Shown one piece after another: positions 23,969-36,173 of a DNA stretch of 64,000 nt. Below the pieces are notes generated by a model. It saw only the letters and a program-made list of their open reading frames with translations. It was not told the origin of the DNA and ran no database searches. This stretch comes from Hemiscyllium ocellatum. Its lineage: Eukaryota. The stretch's first letter is position 1. Every line of letters begins with the position of its first letter. The translations under genes were made by a program, and so were the position numbers. The DNA lies in the NCBI RefSeq assembly GCF_020745735.1, contig NW_026867473.1, positions 485,730 through 549,729 on the forward strand, written 5' to 3'.

Positions 23969-25734
23969 GGAATAATGTGCAGGTCACTTATTCAAAGATG
24001 CACATCTAAGTGAGGGAGACAAACAAAGGGATTTCAGACAATTACATCAGTCACTAACAATTTCACCACTGGTTCCAAAGGCCATAAAAATGCAAACAAA
24101 GTACCAAGTTTTATCTCTAAAGGGATAGATTTGAAAGTAGGGTCACTATAAAAATTTGGTTGACTATAATTAAGAGTATTGTTTGCAGTTCGAGTTGACA
24201 TATTATAGAATGTATGAGAGAGAGTAAAGAGATGATTTATGAGAAAGCTCCACAAGTTTCTGGCTGTGTATATCCAGGAAGAATTGTTGTGCTGTTCACT
24301 TCTCTCTTGAAAAGAAGGCTGACAGTTCGAAAATTAAGAAAGGTTTTGAAAAGAGAAGGTACAAAGAAAACATTTCACTGTGGGATAGAATATAACTCGA
24401 GGCTGTCAATATAAGATGGTACCTCAAGAAGTCGAAAAGGGAATTCAGAAGAAACCTCTTCACTGAAAGAATGATGAGAATGGGGAATATGTGACCAGAC
24501 GGAATAGTTGAAATCAATAGTTTAGATGTATTTCAAGGAAACTAGGCGAGCACTTGGAAGGGATGGGAATAGAGAATTGCAACAGGCGATTTAGATGAGG
24601 AAAGATGTGAAACACCTTGAGTAGAACATAAGCACTGGCATAAACTGATTGTGCCAAATGGTCTGTTTTTCCTCTGTAATCCTATGTAGAAAATCACCAT
24701 TGCATGAAACAACAAGTGCATTAAGAACATTTAGAAGAATTATAAAGTTTCTCACAAAAAAGTCTCAAGTATCCAGCACTGAATGTAAATGATTTTATCA
24801 CATGGCCACACTTCACGATTTGCTTGATAGCACTGAAACAGCAGGAATCACAGTCCTCTTACTAGGAGTAGGACTAACCCATCGTCCTTGCACCAATTGG
24901 GGGATCTTAATGACTTATTAATGGCCTCAGTAGGAGCTGCCAACCTGGTCCTGGGAATGTTGTGAACACTCTAGCCCTCACGGCTTCTTTCACCCACTTA
25001 CTCTGATTTCCAGTTCCCGTAGTGATCACCACCATGGACAGGAGACTGTTCCAGTGTGCAGATGGGATACCCTGTTGTGAGCCACAAGGTACTTCATTAG
25101 GAGGGACATCCTCCAGGTGTGTCACTAGGATGCAGGGGGAGGTCTCCCACACAATGGAGGACCTTACTGCTAATAAACTGCCAGCATTGGCTGGAACACA
25201 CTCTACATTGACCACCTGAGTGGTCATCCTTTCCCGAATTTGGGATCAATAACATACTACGGAGGTGGAAACTCCTTCCTTCCCTTATCATCTTCCACCC
25301 TATTATCCACCTAATGACCTTGCAGCCTGTCCCTAGAGGGCTGATAGAACCCAGTCCCATTCCAATATTCAAGAACATGAAGAGCTGGCAACCTGGTCAA
25401 AATTGTTAAAGCTTAACACAAACAGTCTTGGCCTGACCATCAAATTCTAAAGTGTAACTTGAGATGAGTTCAATAAAAATGGCAGAAGTACAGAAACAAC
25501 CACTTCCATCCGTCAGAAACACATTTCTATGAATGGGAACGGGTGGTCCGCTATTTGGAATGGAGCAGTGCATTTGAAAAAGTTAATGAGGAGCAGCAAT
25601 GTTTTGAGTTGGACGTGTGCACAGTCTGAAGCTGTTTGCTGATTCAGTTTTGCTAAAGGTTTGGCAGATACATTCCAATGAAAATCAATTAAATCTGCCA
25701 AAGTGGATATTAATACTCACATTTATGAGATGCT

Positions 25735-26486
25735 TTAACATAGAACATAGAAAGATACAACACAGAACAGGCCCTTTGGCCCATGACAGTGTGCCGAGGT
25801 CTAATCCTAATGTAAAATATAACAACCTACACACCCCTCAACTCACTGCTAAACATGTGCATGTCCAGCAGTCACTTAAATGTCCCTAATGACTCTGCTT
25901 CCACCACCACCGCTGGCAATGTATTCCATGCATTCACAACTCTCTGTGTAAAGAACCTACTCTAATATCTCCTCTATACCTTTCTCCTAATATCTTAAAA
26001 CTATGACCCCCCTCGTACCAGTCAATCCTGCCCTGGGGAAAAGTCTCTAGCTATTGACTTTATCTATTCCTCTCATTATTTTGTATACCTCAATCAGGTC
26101 TCCTCTCTTCTTTCTTCTCCAGAGAGAAAAGTCTGAGCTTATTCAACCTTTCTTCATAAGGCAAGCCCTCCAGTTCAGGCAGCATCCTGGCAAACCTTCT
26201 TTGCACCTTCTCCAAAGCCTCTATCTATTTCTTACAGCAGGGTGACCAGAACTGGACACAATATTCCAGGTGTGGTCTCACCAGGGACTTGTAGAGCTGT
26301 AGCAAAACCTCGCTGCTCTCAAACTCGATTCCACTGTAAATGAAAGCCGAAACACCATATGCTTTCTTAACAACCCTATCCACTTGGGTGGCAACTTTGA
26401 GGGATCTATGTACTTGCACACCCAGATCCCTCTGTTCCTCCACACTGCCAAGAATCCTGCCTTTAACCCTATATTCAGCATTCGAG
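25735..26486 (-). mobile_element. CR1 LINE 3' portion (RT C-terminus)
   Basis: ORF 26225-26509: RDLGVQVHRSLKVATQVDRVVKKAYG...LYKSLVRPHLEYCVQFWSP; catagaacatagaa tail. Confidence 0.88.
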
Positions 26487-28770
26487 TGAGAATGAGTACC
26501 AGAGGGCATGTAAGGAAGTTTATCAGTAAAGTACGGCTAATTAAGGGGGCTTGACCATACTCATGGACAAAAAGATATAAAGCGATCAGAGAACCAAAGA
26601 ACAGAGTGTGTATATAAGGGGTAGAAGAGACAGCGTGGATCAAGGCCTTGAAGAATTTAGAGATAGACATAAGTTTAAACTCAATACATTCGATGATAAT
26701 GAGCCAGTTAAGATCTCAGTCCTTTCTCTATAAGCACAAGTTTAAGTTTACCAGTCTTGTCCAGGCCAGCATTAAATGGGATTTTTATTTGCACTGTGCA
26801 CATCTCCTGATTTCATAAGATATCTCAGTTTTGTAAATGCAATAGAATGCATTATCCACCGTTTCAGCAATTCCTTTAATAGAAGTTGACAGAAATAAAC
26901 AACTTTCCAAAGCTGTCTTTCAACAGCCAGACTGATACAATATTCAAAAAGGATCTGCATGTACAAAGTGGGCTTGTCAGGGGGTTAAATCTTTTCAAAT
27001 TCGAAAACTAGATTCCATTTTAATTATATCAACTGGATGTTGGACACTCCATTAACAAAAGGTTCCCATATTCAAACGGTTGTTTGCAAATATAGAAATT
27101 GGATATTGATATAAAATAGGACATGCTCTTTTTTTTTGTCTTGCATACATCAGGATAGCTGCAAGGATTTTGATATTAAGGGAAACAACATTTTACACTG
27201 AACAAGTTCTGATGCTTTGGAAAGTGCACAATGATTGATCGAGATGTCCCCAGTGGAAATGGACTGGTCAGATGGTGACGGACAGTTAACAGCTAAACTT
27301 TGTTAAGTTTGCAATTGGCAGGTTGCCTGAGTGGTCAAGGCATTGCCCTGCCAAATGAGTCCGAGAATGGCCATCACCAATTTAGTCAAATCACAACAAG
27401 CATTGGCAGTTAACTGCCAATCATCACCTGGTCCATTCTCCATGCCTTTACCAATCAGCACTCATTACCCAGACAGATTAAATGCTTTCTCCCTTACCAT
27501 TGGTATTCTTGAGAGTGTCCTGATAAGTACAATACTAAAGACTTCAATAAAAAAACACTTTATTTTCATCAATACTCAAATGTCCATGTTGCACCAGCTG
27601 GCAGAGTGAAACTTCACTATAATGTATCAGGCCGACAATGAACTGGTAAAGTTCTGCACTGGTCTCAGAGGGAAACCAGCAACAATGTCCTTGTGGAGAC
27701 ATTACTTTACCTTTGATCCTATACAGCAACAATTTCAAAGCCATTGAGGAACAGGAATAAATAGAAACGAACTACATGCACATACACACAGCACACTGTT
27801 ATGTAAAGTAATAGAGAGAAATGCTGCACGAACAGGAAAATTAATTGTTATTCTGAATAGTGAATATGGCACCAAAAACACCCTTGTGATAATGACAGTT
27901 TGAAAAGCTGCCCACATTGGTTTGCAGCAGATGAAGAGTTGCTCATTCTGTTCTGGGCCCCACTCAGTTCCTACACCAGTATGTGACCATAGATTCAGAT
28001 TGTTTTTAAAGGCAGATATCAATATGCATTTGCACAGTGGCAGGAGTACGGCTATCCTATGGACAGCCCTAAAGAGATCTCACACACATTGGCTCTTTAA
28101 TAAAGAAATGGGGCAAACCTCAGAGATAGGGAAATGTAAATAAATGAACCACTAACAAGATTTCATCCAATTCGATAGTAACTGATACCTGATCACCAAA
28201 TTCAGCTGCCACTTGAAAGGATGCAAGAAGCCCCAAAAGGAGATACTCCACATTTCACTTGATTCTGTGTCACATTATCGCAAGAGAGCTTTGTAGTTGC
28301 CTTTTAGCAGACATTATTTTTATCCATAAACCACATCGGCTTGACAGAGAAGCATTGGTTCCGATCATAGATCAGAACTGAATAGTGCAGAACCACATCA
28401 TAACCCATCTCGAGAAGCTGTGTCAGTGGGTGCGTGGGTTTGCAGTGCCTCTGTGTTCTGAGCTTCGGCCCCAATCTCTCTCTGTTCCCTAGTTTTTCTG
28501 CTAAGTTGCGGTTCCAGTCAGTTTGTATTTCATCATTGTCCCAGATTATAGAGGTTTCCGTATCAGTGAGTTCACCAGGATAGCCCGTTGGGTAAATCAG
28601 CAGTGGCTCCACTGAAAAGGCTTTTAAATCCTGAGGCTCATAGAACAGCATATAGTTATCCCTATTAATTGACCTAATAATAATTAACAACATTATATTT
28701 GATCTGCTTTATTTCTCATTACTGACTGCATTGAATCTACCTCATGGGATACAGAAACTCACCAATGTGA

Positions 28771-29523
28771 GAACAGATAGTCGGGAGAAAGGGAAGGGAT
28801 AGGAGGTCGCTGTTGCCCACTTCTTTTGATGATAAGATTTATCTTGATTCAATAGGGGTCCCTCGGTGGGTGCCTGATGAGTTCAAAGCTCGTAACCAAA
28901 TTGCAGCAGGCTTTGAGTCGTCCCTGTTCTGGTGGGTCACTATTAACAAGAATGTCGATTGGATAAACTACATTTATTATAACCAAGCACGATTTATTAA
29001 CCATACTAGGGATGCAGTAAAGGGCCTGGCGGAACAACTGGATGCCACCAGTCGTATGGCTTGGGAAAATAGGCTGGCCTTGGATATGCTCCTAGCTGAA
29101 AAGGGGGGTGTTTGTGCCATGATCGGCTCTCAATGTTGCACTTTTATTCCCAACAATACGGCCCCTGACGGCTCGGTCACCCGTGCCTTGGAGGGTCTCC
29201 AGGCGCTGGCCGAGGAAATAGCTGAGAATTCAGGTGTAAATACTGATTGGACTGGCTGGCTAGAGCGGTGGTTCGGTAAATGGAAGGGGGTGGTGGTCTC
29301 AGTAGTGATTACACTTCTAGTGGTAACAGGGGTTTTAGTCGCTTTGGGCTGTTGTATAATTCCCTGTCTGCGGGGCCTGATTACCCGCCTTATTGAGACG
29401 GCCCTGATGAAGGGCGACCCGCGTACAGTAGTGGGCATTCACCTCCAGACTAATGCGGATGATCCTGAGGCTGATTGGGATAGACAGGCCATGATTATGC
29501 TGCAGAAATTACAGACTGTATAA
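28771..29523 (+). CDS. env: Endogenous retrovirus env fragment: furin site plus complete TM subunit (class I, fish epsilon/gamma-type)
   Basis: Frame open from 28771 (upstream TGA at 28768-28770). Furin site RDRR at 28795-28806; immunosuppressive domain ENRLALDMLLAEKGGVC; CX6CC (CAMIGSQCC); hydrophobic anchor VVVSVVITLLVVTGVLVALGCCIIPCL; cytoplasmic tail to TAA. No ATG, signal peptide or SU. Confidence 0.9.
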   Translation, partial: EQIVGRKGRDRRSLLPTSFDDKIYLDSIGVPRWVPDEFKARNQIAAGFESSLFWWVTINKNVDWINYIYYNQARFINHTRDAVKGLAEQLDATSRMAWENRLALDMLLAEKGGVCAMIGSQCCTFIPNNTAPDGSVTRALEGLQALAEEIAENSGVNTDWTGWLERWFGKWKGVVVSVVITLLVVTGVLVALGCCIIPCLRGLITRLIETALMKGDPRTVVGIHLQTNADDPEADWDRQAMIMLQKLQTV

Positions 29524-29537
29524 AAAGACAGGGGGGA
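29522..29537 (+). other. Polypurine tract of the env-bearing ERV
   Basis: aaaaagacagggggga directly after the env stop and just before TG at 29539. Confidence 0.75.
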
Positions 29538-29538
29538 T

Positions 29539-30756
29539 TGATATGGTTAATGTAATTTCTGCAGTTTCATGCATTCACACACACCTTACACACACACACA
29601 CACCTAACACACACACACACACACACACACACTCTACACACCTCACATACAGACACACACATACGCACACACACCTCTCTCACACATACNNNNNNNNNNN
29701 NNNNNNNNNNNNNNNNNNNNNNNNNNNNNNNNNNNNNNNNNNNNNNNNNNNNNNNNNNNNNNNNNNNNNNNNNNNNNNNNNNNNNNNNNNNNNNNNNNNN
29801 NNNNNNNNNNNNNNNNNNNNNNNNNNNNNNNNNNNNNNNNNNNNNNNNNNNNNNNNNNNNNNNNNNNNNNNNNNNNNNNNNNNNNNNNNNNNNNNNNNNN
29901 NNNNNNNNNNNNNNNNNNNNNNNNNNNNNNNNNNNNNNNNNNNNNNNNNNNNNNNNNNNNNNNNNNNNNNNNNNNNNNNNNNNNNNNNNNNNNNNNNNNN
30001 NNNNNNNNNNNNNNNNNNNNNNNNNNNNNNNNNNNNNNNNNNNNNNNGTAAGGTAATTTCTGTACTAGAACTGAGGTTTAATGAGTAAAGGCTAATTATG
30101 AGACTGATATTCAACTAGGCCATATGGGAACATGAACCAGAAGTCACCGCTGTTATGTCAGGAACATGGTAACCTTGGGCAAGATACCAAGGAATGCTTT
30201 AACTAGACACAGAGGGCAAAATACAATAGAAGCCCTTTTATGATATGCAGATAACCAAGAAATGCTTTAACCAGCAGAATTGTTAAAAACAATATAACAT
30301 TTAATTAAAGAATTGGCAGAGAAAAGCGTGAAATGTTTTAACCAATGGAATTGTCACTAATGTTTTCAAATGTAAGAATAATGTATAAATATTACTGCTG
30401 TAAAACCTTTCCGCGTGATTCTTCCTAAGTCCTTTTGGAAGACGTCCAAACTTGCAAGTTTGAATAAACATCCTTTGCTCCATTTGTGTGTCTCGCAGCA
30501 TTTCGATTTGCCACGGGAAAAGCGGTAGCCGGAGGGGATAAGGGCTGGTGCTGACAGCTTGGAGTTCGCCTCCTAGGACGGGACCTTGTGGATAGTCTCC
30601 CTTGAAGTCAAGGGTTAAAGGACAGTCCGCGGTCGGCAGAGTGTGGAGGCAGAACCCGGTTGATCTGAACCATAGCCCTAGTGTAGAGTAGTTAGCCGAG
30701 TGTCAGGGACTATTCTCCGGAAATTTAGAATACCTAGACAGAAGTCACTTATAACA
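29539..30756 (+). mobile_element. 3' LTR of the env-bearing ERV, interrupted by a (CA)n tract and an assembly gap
   Basis: Begins TGATAT after the PPT and ends ATAACA. CCAAT 30342-30346, TATAAAT 30384-30390 and AATAAA 30463-30468 lie in U3-R order. No matching 5' LTR is visible. Confidence 0.6.
29690..30047. other. Assembly gap (358 N)
   Basis: Run of N following a (CA)n microsatellite at ~29575-29689. Confidence 1.
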
Positions 30757-31320
30757 CCCTCCACCCCTGAAAACAAGGCCGTGAATCCCCACGGTCAGTT
30801 AGTTATTTACTTTTAGCTGTACTTTACCCTCCACACCTGAAAACATGTCCGTGAATCCCCGCAGTCAGTCAGTTATATACCTTTAGCTGTGCATTACCCT
30901 CCACCCCTGAAAACAAGACCGTGAATCCCCGGGGTCAGTTAGTTATTTACGTTTAACTGTATGTTACCCTCCATCCCTGAAAACAAGGCCGTGAATCCCC
31001 GCGGTCAGTTAGTTGTATACTTTTAGCTGTGCGTTACCCTCCATCTCTGAAAACAAGGCCGTGAATCCCCACGGTCAGTTAGTTATTTACTGTTAGCTGT
31101 ACTTTACCCTCCACCCCTGAAAACAAGGCCGTGAATCCCCACGGTCAGTTAGTTATTTACTTTTAGCTGTGCGTTACCCTCCATCTCTGAAAACAAGGTC
31201 AGTTAGTTATATATTTATAGCTCTGCTTCACCCTCTGTCCCTGAAAACAAGGCCGTGAATCCCCGCAGTCAGTTAGTTATATACTTACAGTTCTGCTCCA
31301 CCCTCTGCCCCTGAAAATAA
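30757..31320. repeat. 70-bp minisatellite (8 units plus a partial unit)
   Basis: Unit ccctccacccctgaaaacaaggccgtgaatccccacggtcagttagttatttacttttagctgtacttta starts at 30757, 30827, 30897, 30967, 31037, 31107, 31177 (16-nt deletion), 31231 and 31301 (partial). Confidence 0.95.
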
Positions 31321-31439
31321 GTAATAATAACACACTTCCCTATCAATATAATCTTCACCAGGACCTGTACACTTCCATGTATCTGTATAACCCCAGAACA
31401 CCACCTTATCATTGCAACCATGTCCAGATCACTCGTTTC

Positions 31440-34400
31440 TTTTATTGTTTCTTTTTCAATCGTCTCTCTGGGAATTTAGAATAAGTGAGAATGGAGGTTC
31501 GGGCAGTTGAATGTTCCTCCTGCAGAATGTGGGCAGTAAGTGTCACCGCTAGTGTCCCTGCTGACTGCATCTGCGGGAAGTGCACCCAACTCCAGCATCT
31601 CGAAAACTGCGTCAGGGAACTGAGGCTGGAGCTGGCTGAACTTCGGATCATTCAGGAGGTGGTGGGAGTTATTGAGAGGAATTACAGGGATGTACCTGAT
31701 CCTCAGGTACAAGAAGGAGGCAGATGGATTACTCTTAGGGGATGAAGAGGGACCAGGCAGACAGTGCAGGGAACTCTTGTGGCCATTCCCCTCAATAACA
31801 AGTATAAAATTTTGGATACTATTGGAGGGGGGGGAAATGACTTACCAAGGGTAAGCCATGGGATACAGATCCCTGGCACAGAGTCTGTTCCTGTTGCTCA
31901 GAAGGGAAACAGGGAGATGAGCAGAGCATTCGTCACTGGGGACTCCATGGCTAGGAGGACAGATTGGAGGTTCCAATGGAGAGAGACTCACAGTTGGTGT
32001 GATACCTCGCAGGTGCCAAGGTTTGGGATGTCTCGGATCATGTCTTTGGGATCCTTGAGGGGGAGGGGTAGCAGCCCCCAAAGGTGGTCCACATAAACAC
32101 TAACAACATCATTTAGAGAAAACAGGATGGTCTCCACCTGAACCAGAGGGGTACCAATATCCTAGGCAGGGGAGGAGGGCGGTGTGTGGAAATTTCCTAA
32201 TGCTCTTCGGGAGGGTGTAAACTAATTCAGCAGGGGGATGGGAACCTGAACTGTAGTTCCACTGTCCAAGTGGTTGAGAGTGGTGAGGTCAGAAATATGG
32301 TTTCAAGGTTGCAAGAGTGCATTGGCATGCAAGAAGTGGTTTGAAGTGTCAGGAGCATCCTGAATAAGGTGGGTGACCTTGCAGCATGGGTTGGTACCAG
32401 GAACTTCGATGTTATGGCCATTTCGGAGACATGGATAGAGCAGGGACAGGAATGGTTTGAGCACGTTCCGGGATTTAGATGGTTCAGTAAGAACAGAGAA
32501 GATGGTAAAAGAGTGGGAGGTGTGGCATTGTTTGTCAGGACAGTACTATGGTGGCAGGAGGTACATTTGAGGACTCGTCTACTAAGGTAGTATGGGCTGA
32601 GGTTAGAAACAGGAAAGGAGATGTCACCTTGTTGGGACTTTTCTGCTGGCCTCCAAATAGTTCCAGAGGTGGAGAGGATAGGTGAGCAGAGATTATTCTG
32701 GATAGGAGCGAGAGTAACAGGGTAGTTGTTATGGGGGTCTTTAACTTTCCAAATATTGACTGGAAATACTATCGTTCGTGTACTTTAGATGGATCAGTTT
32801 TTGTCAAATGTGTGCAGAAAGTTTTCCTGACACAGTATGTAGACAGGCCAACAACGGACGAGACCATATTGGATTTGGTACTGGGTAAGGAACCTAGCCA
32901 GGTATTAGATTCAGAGGTTAGTGAGCATTTGGTGATAGTGCCCACATTTGGTTGTGTTTATTTAGCAATGGAAAGGGTTAGGTATATCCCAGGGGCAAGA
33001 GTTATAGCAGTGGTATAACTGTTGCAAGTAGGGTGCAATTAGGAAAGATTTAGGATGCATAGGATGGGAAAGGAAACTTCAGGGGATGGGCACAATTGAA
33101 ATGTGGAGCTTATTCATGGAACAGCTACTGCGTGTCCTTGATAAGTATGTACCTGTCAGGCAGGGAGGAAGTGTTTGAGTAAGGGAGTTGTGGTCCACAA
33201 AAGAAGTTGAATCTCTTGACAAGAGGAAGAAGAAGGTATATGTTAGGATGAGATGTGAAGGCTCAGTTAGAGTGTTTGAGAGTTATAGGTTAGCCAGGAA
33301 AGACCTAAAGAAAGAGCTAAGAAGAGCCAGGAAGGGATGTGAAAAGTCATTGGCAGGTCAGATCAAGGAAAAACCTAAAGGTTTCTACAGGTATATCAAG
33401 AATAAAAGAATGACTAGTGTGAGTTTAGGGTCAAACAAGGACAGTAGTGGGAGGTTGTGCGTGGAGTCCGAGGAGACAGGAAAAGCGCTAACTGAATTCT
33501 TTTCAATGTACTCGCATTGGAAAATGACTACGTTGTCTCAGAGAATACTGAGATGCAGGTGACTAGACTAGACGGGATTGAGGTTCGCAAAGAGGAGTTG
33601 TTAGCAATTCTGGAAAGTAGGAAAATAAATAAGTCTCTTAAGGCAGATGGTATTTATCCTTGGATTCTCTGGGAAGCCAGGGAGGAGAGTGCACAGCCAT
33701 TGGCTTTGAACTTTATGTTGTCATTGTCAATAGGGATAGTGCCAGGAGACTGGAGGATAGCAAGTATTGTCCCCTTGTACAAGAAGGGGAGTAGAGACAA
33801 CCCTAGTAATTTTCTCCAAGTGAGCCTTACTTCAGTTGTGGGTAAAGTGCTGGAAATGATTAAAAGAGATAGGATTTATAATCAGCTCAAAAGGAATAAG
33901 TTGATTAGGGAGAGTCAACATGGTTTTGTGAAGGGTAGGTCATGCCACGCAAACCTTATAGAGTTCTTTGAGAAGGTGACCAAACAGCTGGATGAGGGTA
34001 AAGTGGTTGATGTGGTGCATTTGGATTTCAGTAAGGGGTTTGATAAGGTTCCCCAAGGTAGATTATTGCATAAAATACGAAGGCATGGGATTGACAGTGA
34101 TTTAACAGTTTGGATCAGACATTGGCCAGCTGAAAGAAGACAAAGGGTGGTGGTTGATGGGAAATGTTCACCCTAGAGTTCAGTTACTAGTGGGGTACTG
34201 CAAGGTCTGTTTTGGGGCCATTTCTGTTTGTCATTTTTATAAATGAACTGGATGAGGGCATAGAAGGATGGGTTAGTAAATTTGCGGATGACACTAAGGT
34301 AGGTGGGGTTGTGGATATTGCCGAAGGATGTTGCAGGTTACAGAGGGACATAGATAAGCTGCACAGCTGGGCTGAGAAGTGGCAAATGGAGTTTAATGTG

Positions 34401-35168
34401 GAAAAGTGTGAGGTGATTCACTTTGGAAGGAGGAACAGGAATACAGAGTACTGGGTTAATGGTAAGATTCTTGGCAGTGTAGATAAACAGAGAGATCTCG
34501 GTGACCCCAAACATAGATCCCTGAAAGTTTCCACCCAGGGTGATATGGTTGTTAAGAAAGCATATGGTGTATTAGCTTTTATTGGTGGAGGGATTGATCT
34601 TCGGAGCCATGAGGTCATGTTGCAGCTGTCCAAAACTCTGGTTTTAGAGTACTGCGTAAAGTTCCGGTGACTGCATTATAGGAAGGATATCGAAGCTTTG
34701 GAAAGGGTTCAGATGAGATTTACTAGAATGTGACCTGGTATGAAGGGAAGGTGTTATGAGGAAAAGCTGAAGGACTTGAGGCTGTTTTTGACAGAGAGTA
34801 GAAAGTTGAGAGGTGACTTAATTGAGGTCTGTAAGATAATCAGAGGGTTAGATAATCAGAGGGCATCCTTTTTTTCTTGAACGGTGATGGTTAACATAAG
34901 GGGACATAGCTTTAAATTGAGGAATGATAGATATGGGACAGATGTTCAGGGATAGTTTCTTTACTCAGAATGTAGTAGGGGGCATGGAACACACTGCCTG
35001 CAACAGTAGGAGACTCACCAACTTTAAGGGCATTTAAATGTTCATTGGATAAACATGGATGAAAATGGAATTGTGAAGGTGAGATGAGTTTCAGGTTGAT
35101 TTTACACTTCGGCACATCGAGGGCCAAAGGGCCTGTACTGCACTGTAATGTTCCATGTTCTATGTTCT
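31440..35168 (+). mobile_element. Near full-length decayed CR1 (HER1-like) LINE
   Basis: ORF1 from ATG 31491 (VECSSCRMW...CICGKCTQLQHLENCVRELRLEL: zinc finger and coiled coil; esterase remnants VTGDS and DGLHLN). ORF2 endonuclease (DVMAISETW, VVMGVFNFPNIDW) and RT (QHGFVKGRSC, LDFSKGFDKVP, SKFADDTK). 3' tail tgttccatgttctatgttct. Multiple stops and frameshifts. Confidence 0.92.
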
Positions 35169-36037
35169 GTCCTATCCCCATTCCCTATCCCTGTATCCTC
35201 CTCCAGCCCCTTCACTGCAAACTGTGTCTGTAATATTCAGTTCACAAATAGGAGACTCATCGCATGCACAAAGGTTGCTCATCAACAGACACAGTCTGCC
35301 TTTGTTTAATGCAGATTTGCCAGGATATAACAGTGCCCTGTGAGGAAGGGGCCATCACATCAACAGGGAGAGGACGTTTCCCTGTGTCTTCCCACTGAAG
35401 CTGGGCTGGAATGGAATTTCTGTCCAACAATGAATTGGCTGCTTGACTCCAGCTCCTTTTGCTGAAACAAGATACTTGAAAACTGACAGTAACTGGCCAT
35501 ACACGAGTTGGTGATGAGAAACCAGACAGAATTCATTCAGTAACTGTGTACCCTGTAAACAATAACAAAGTCATGACAGAGTACCTCCAATTGTTATTTC
35601 TGTCACCATTTTCTTTCATTTTGATTGCTTTTGGACAACAGCTTTTGAAGATCCTCAGCTTTTGTTTCTTCATTTATTGATTTCTTCTGCCCACCCCAGT
35701 CCTTGCACCATTTTGGTCATTCCGTCATTGAAGTCTCTCCTGCCCTCCACCCATCACAGACTTTCCCTTCTGCTTTCCTTCCCACCTTTCTCCTGCAATC
35801 CAAGGAATAATGCAAGTGGTTCCTTCGCTCCCGTAGTCGGTACATTATCACTCACAGAGATACAGAGATACAGAGATACACAGAGATCATCAAACCACAG
35901 GCTCAAACAGAGACTGTGTTCAGTCCCACTCCGATCTCACAGTCCAGTGACATATTTATATTCTAACATTCAAACAGAGCAACAGAGAAATAAGTCATTT
36001 CCAATTCTCTGCACGCCATTCTGTAGAGAAATCCTAG

Positions 36038-36173
36038 GAGAAAGTGAGGACTGCAGATGCTGGAGATCAGAGCTGAAACATTCCTGAAGAAGGGCATATG
36101 CCCGAAACATCGATTCTCCTGCTCCTTTGATGCTGCCTGACCTGCTGCACTTTTCCAGCAACACATTTTTAAG
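36038..36173. mobile_element. Short Penelope-like terminal-repeat insertion
   Basis: Flanked by a 17-bp repeat with one mismatch, CTGTAGA(G/C)AAATCCTAG (36021-36037, 36174-36190); hammerhead-like core at 36084-36111 (+). Confidence 0.75.

Noticed and set aside
29543-30114. ORFs spanning the His/Thr repeat and X run
   Set aside because: Translation of a (CA)n microsatellite and the N gap.
30757-31320. CRISPR-like array (also considered for 54950-56400)
   Set aside because: Eukaryotic context, no unique spacers (whole units are homologous), and no cas genes.
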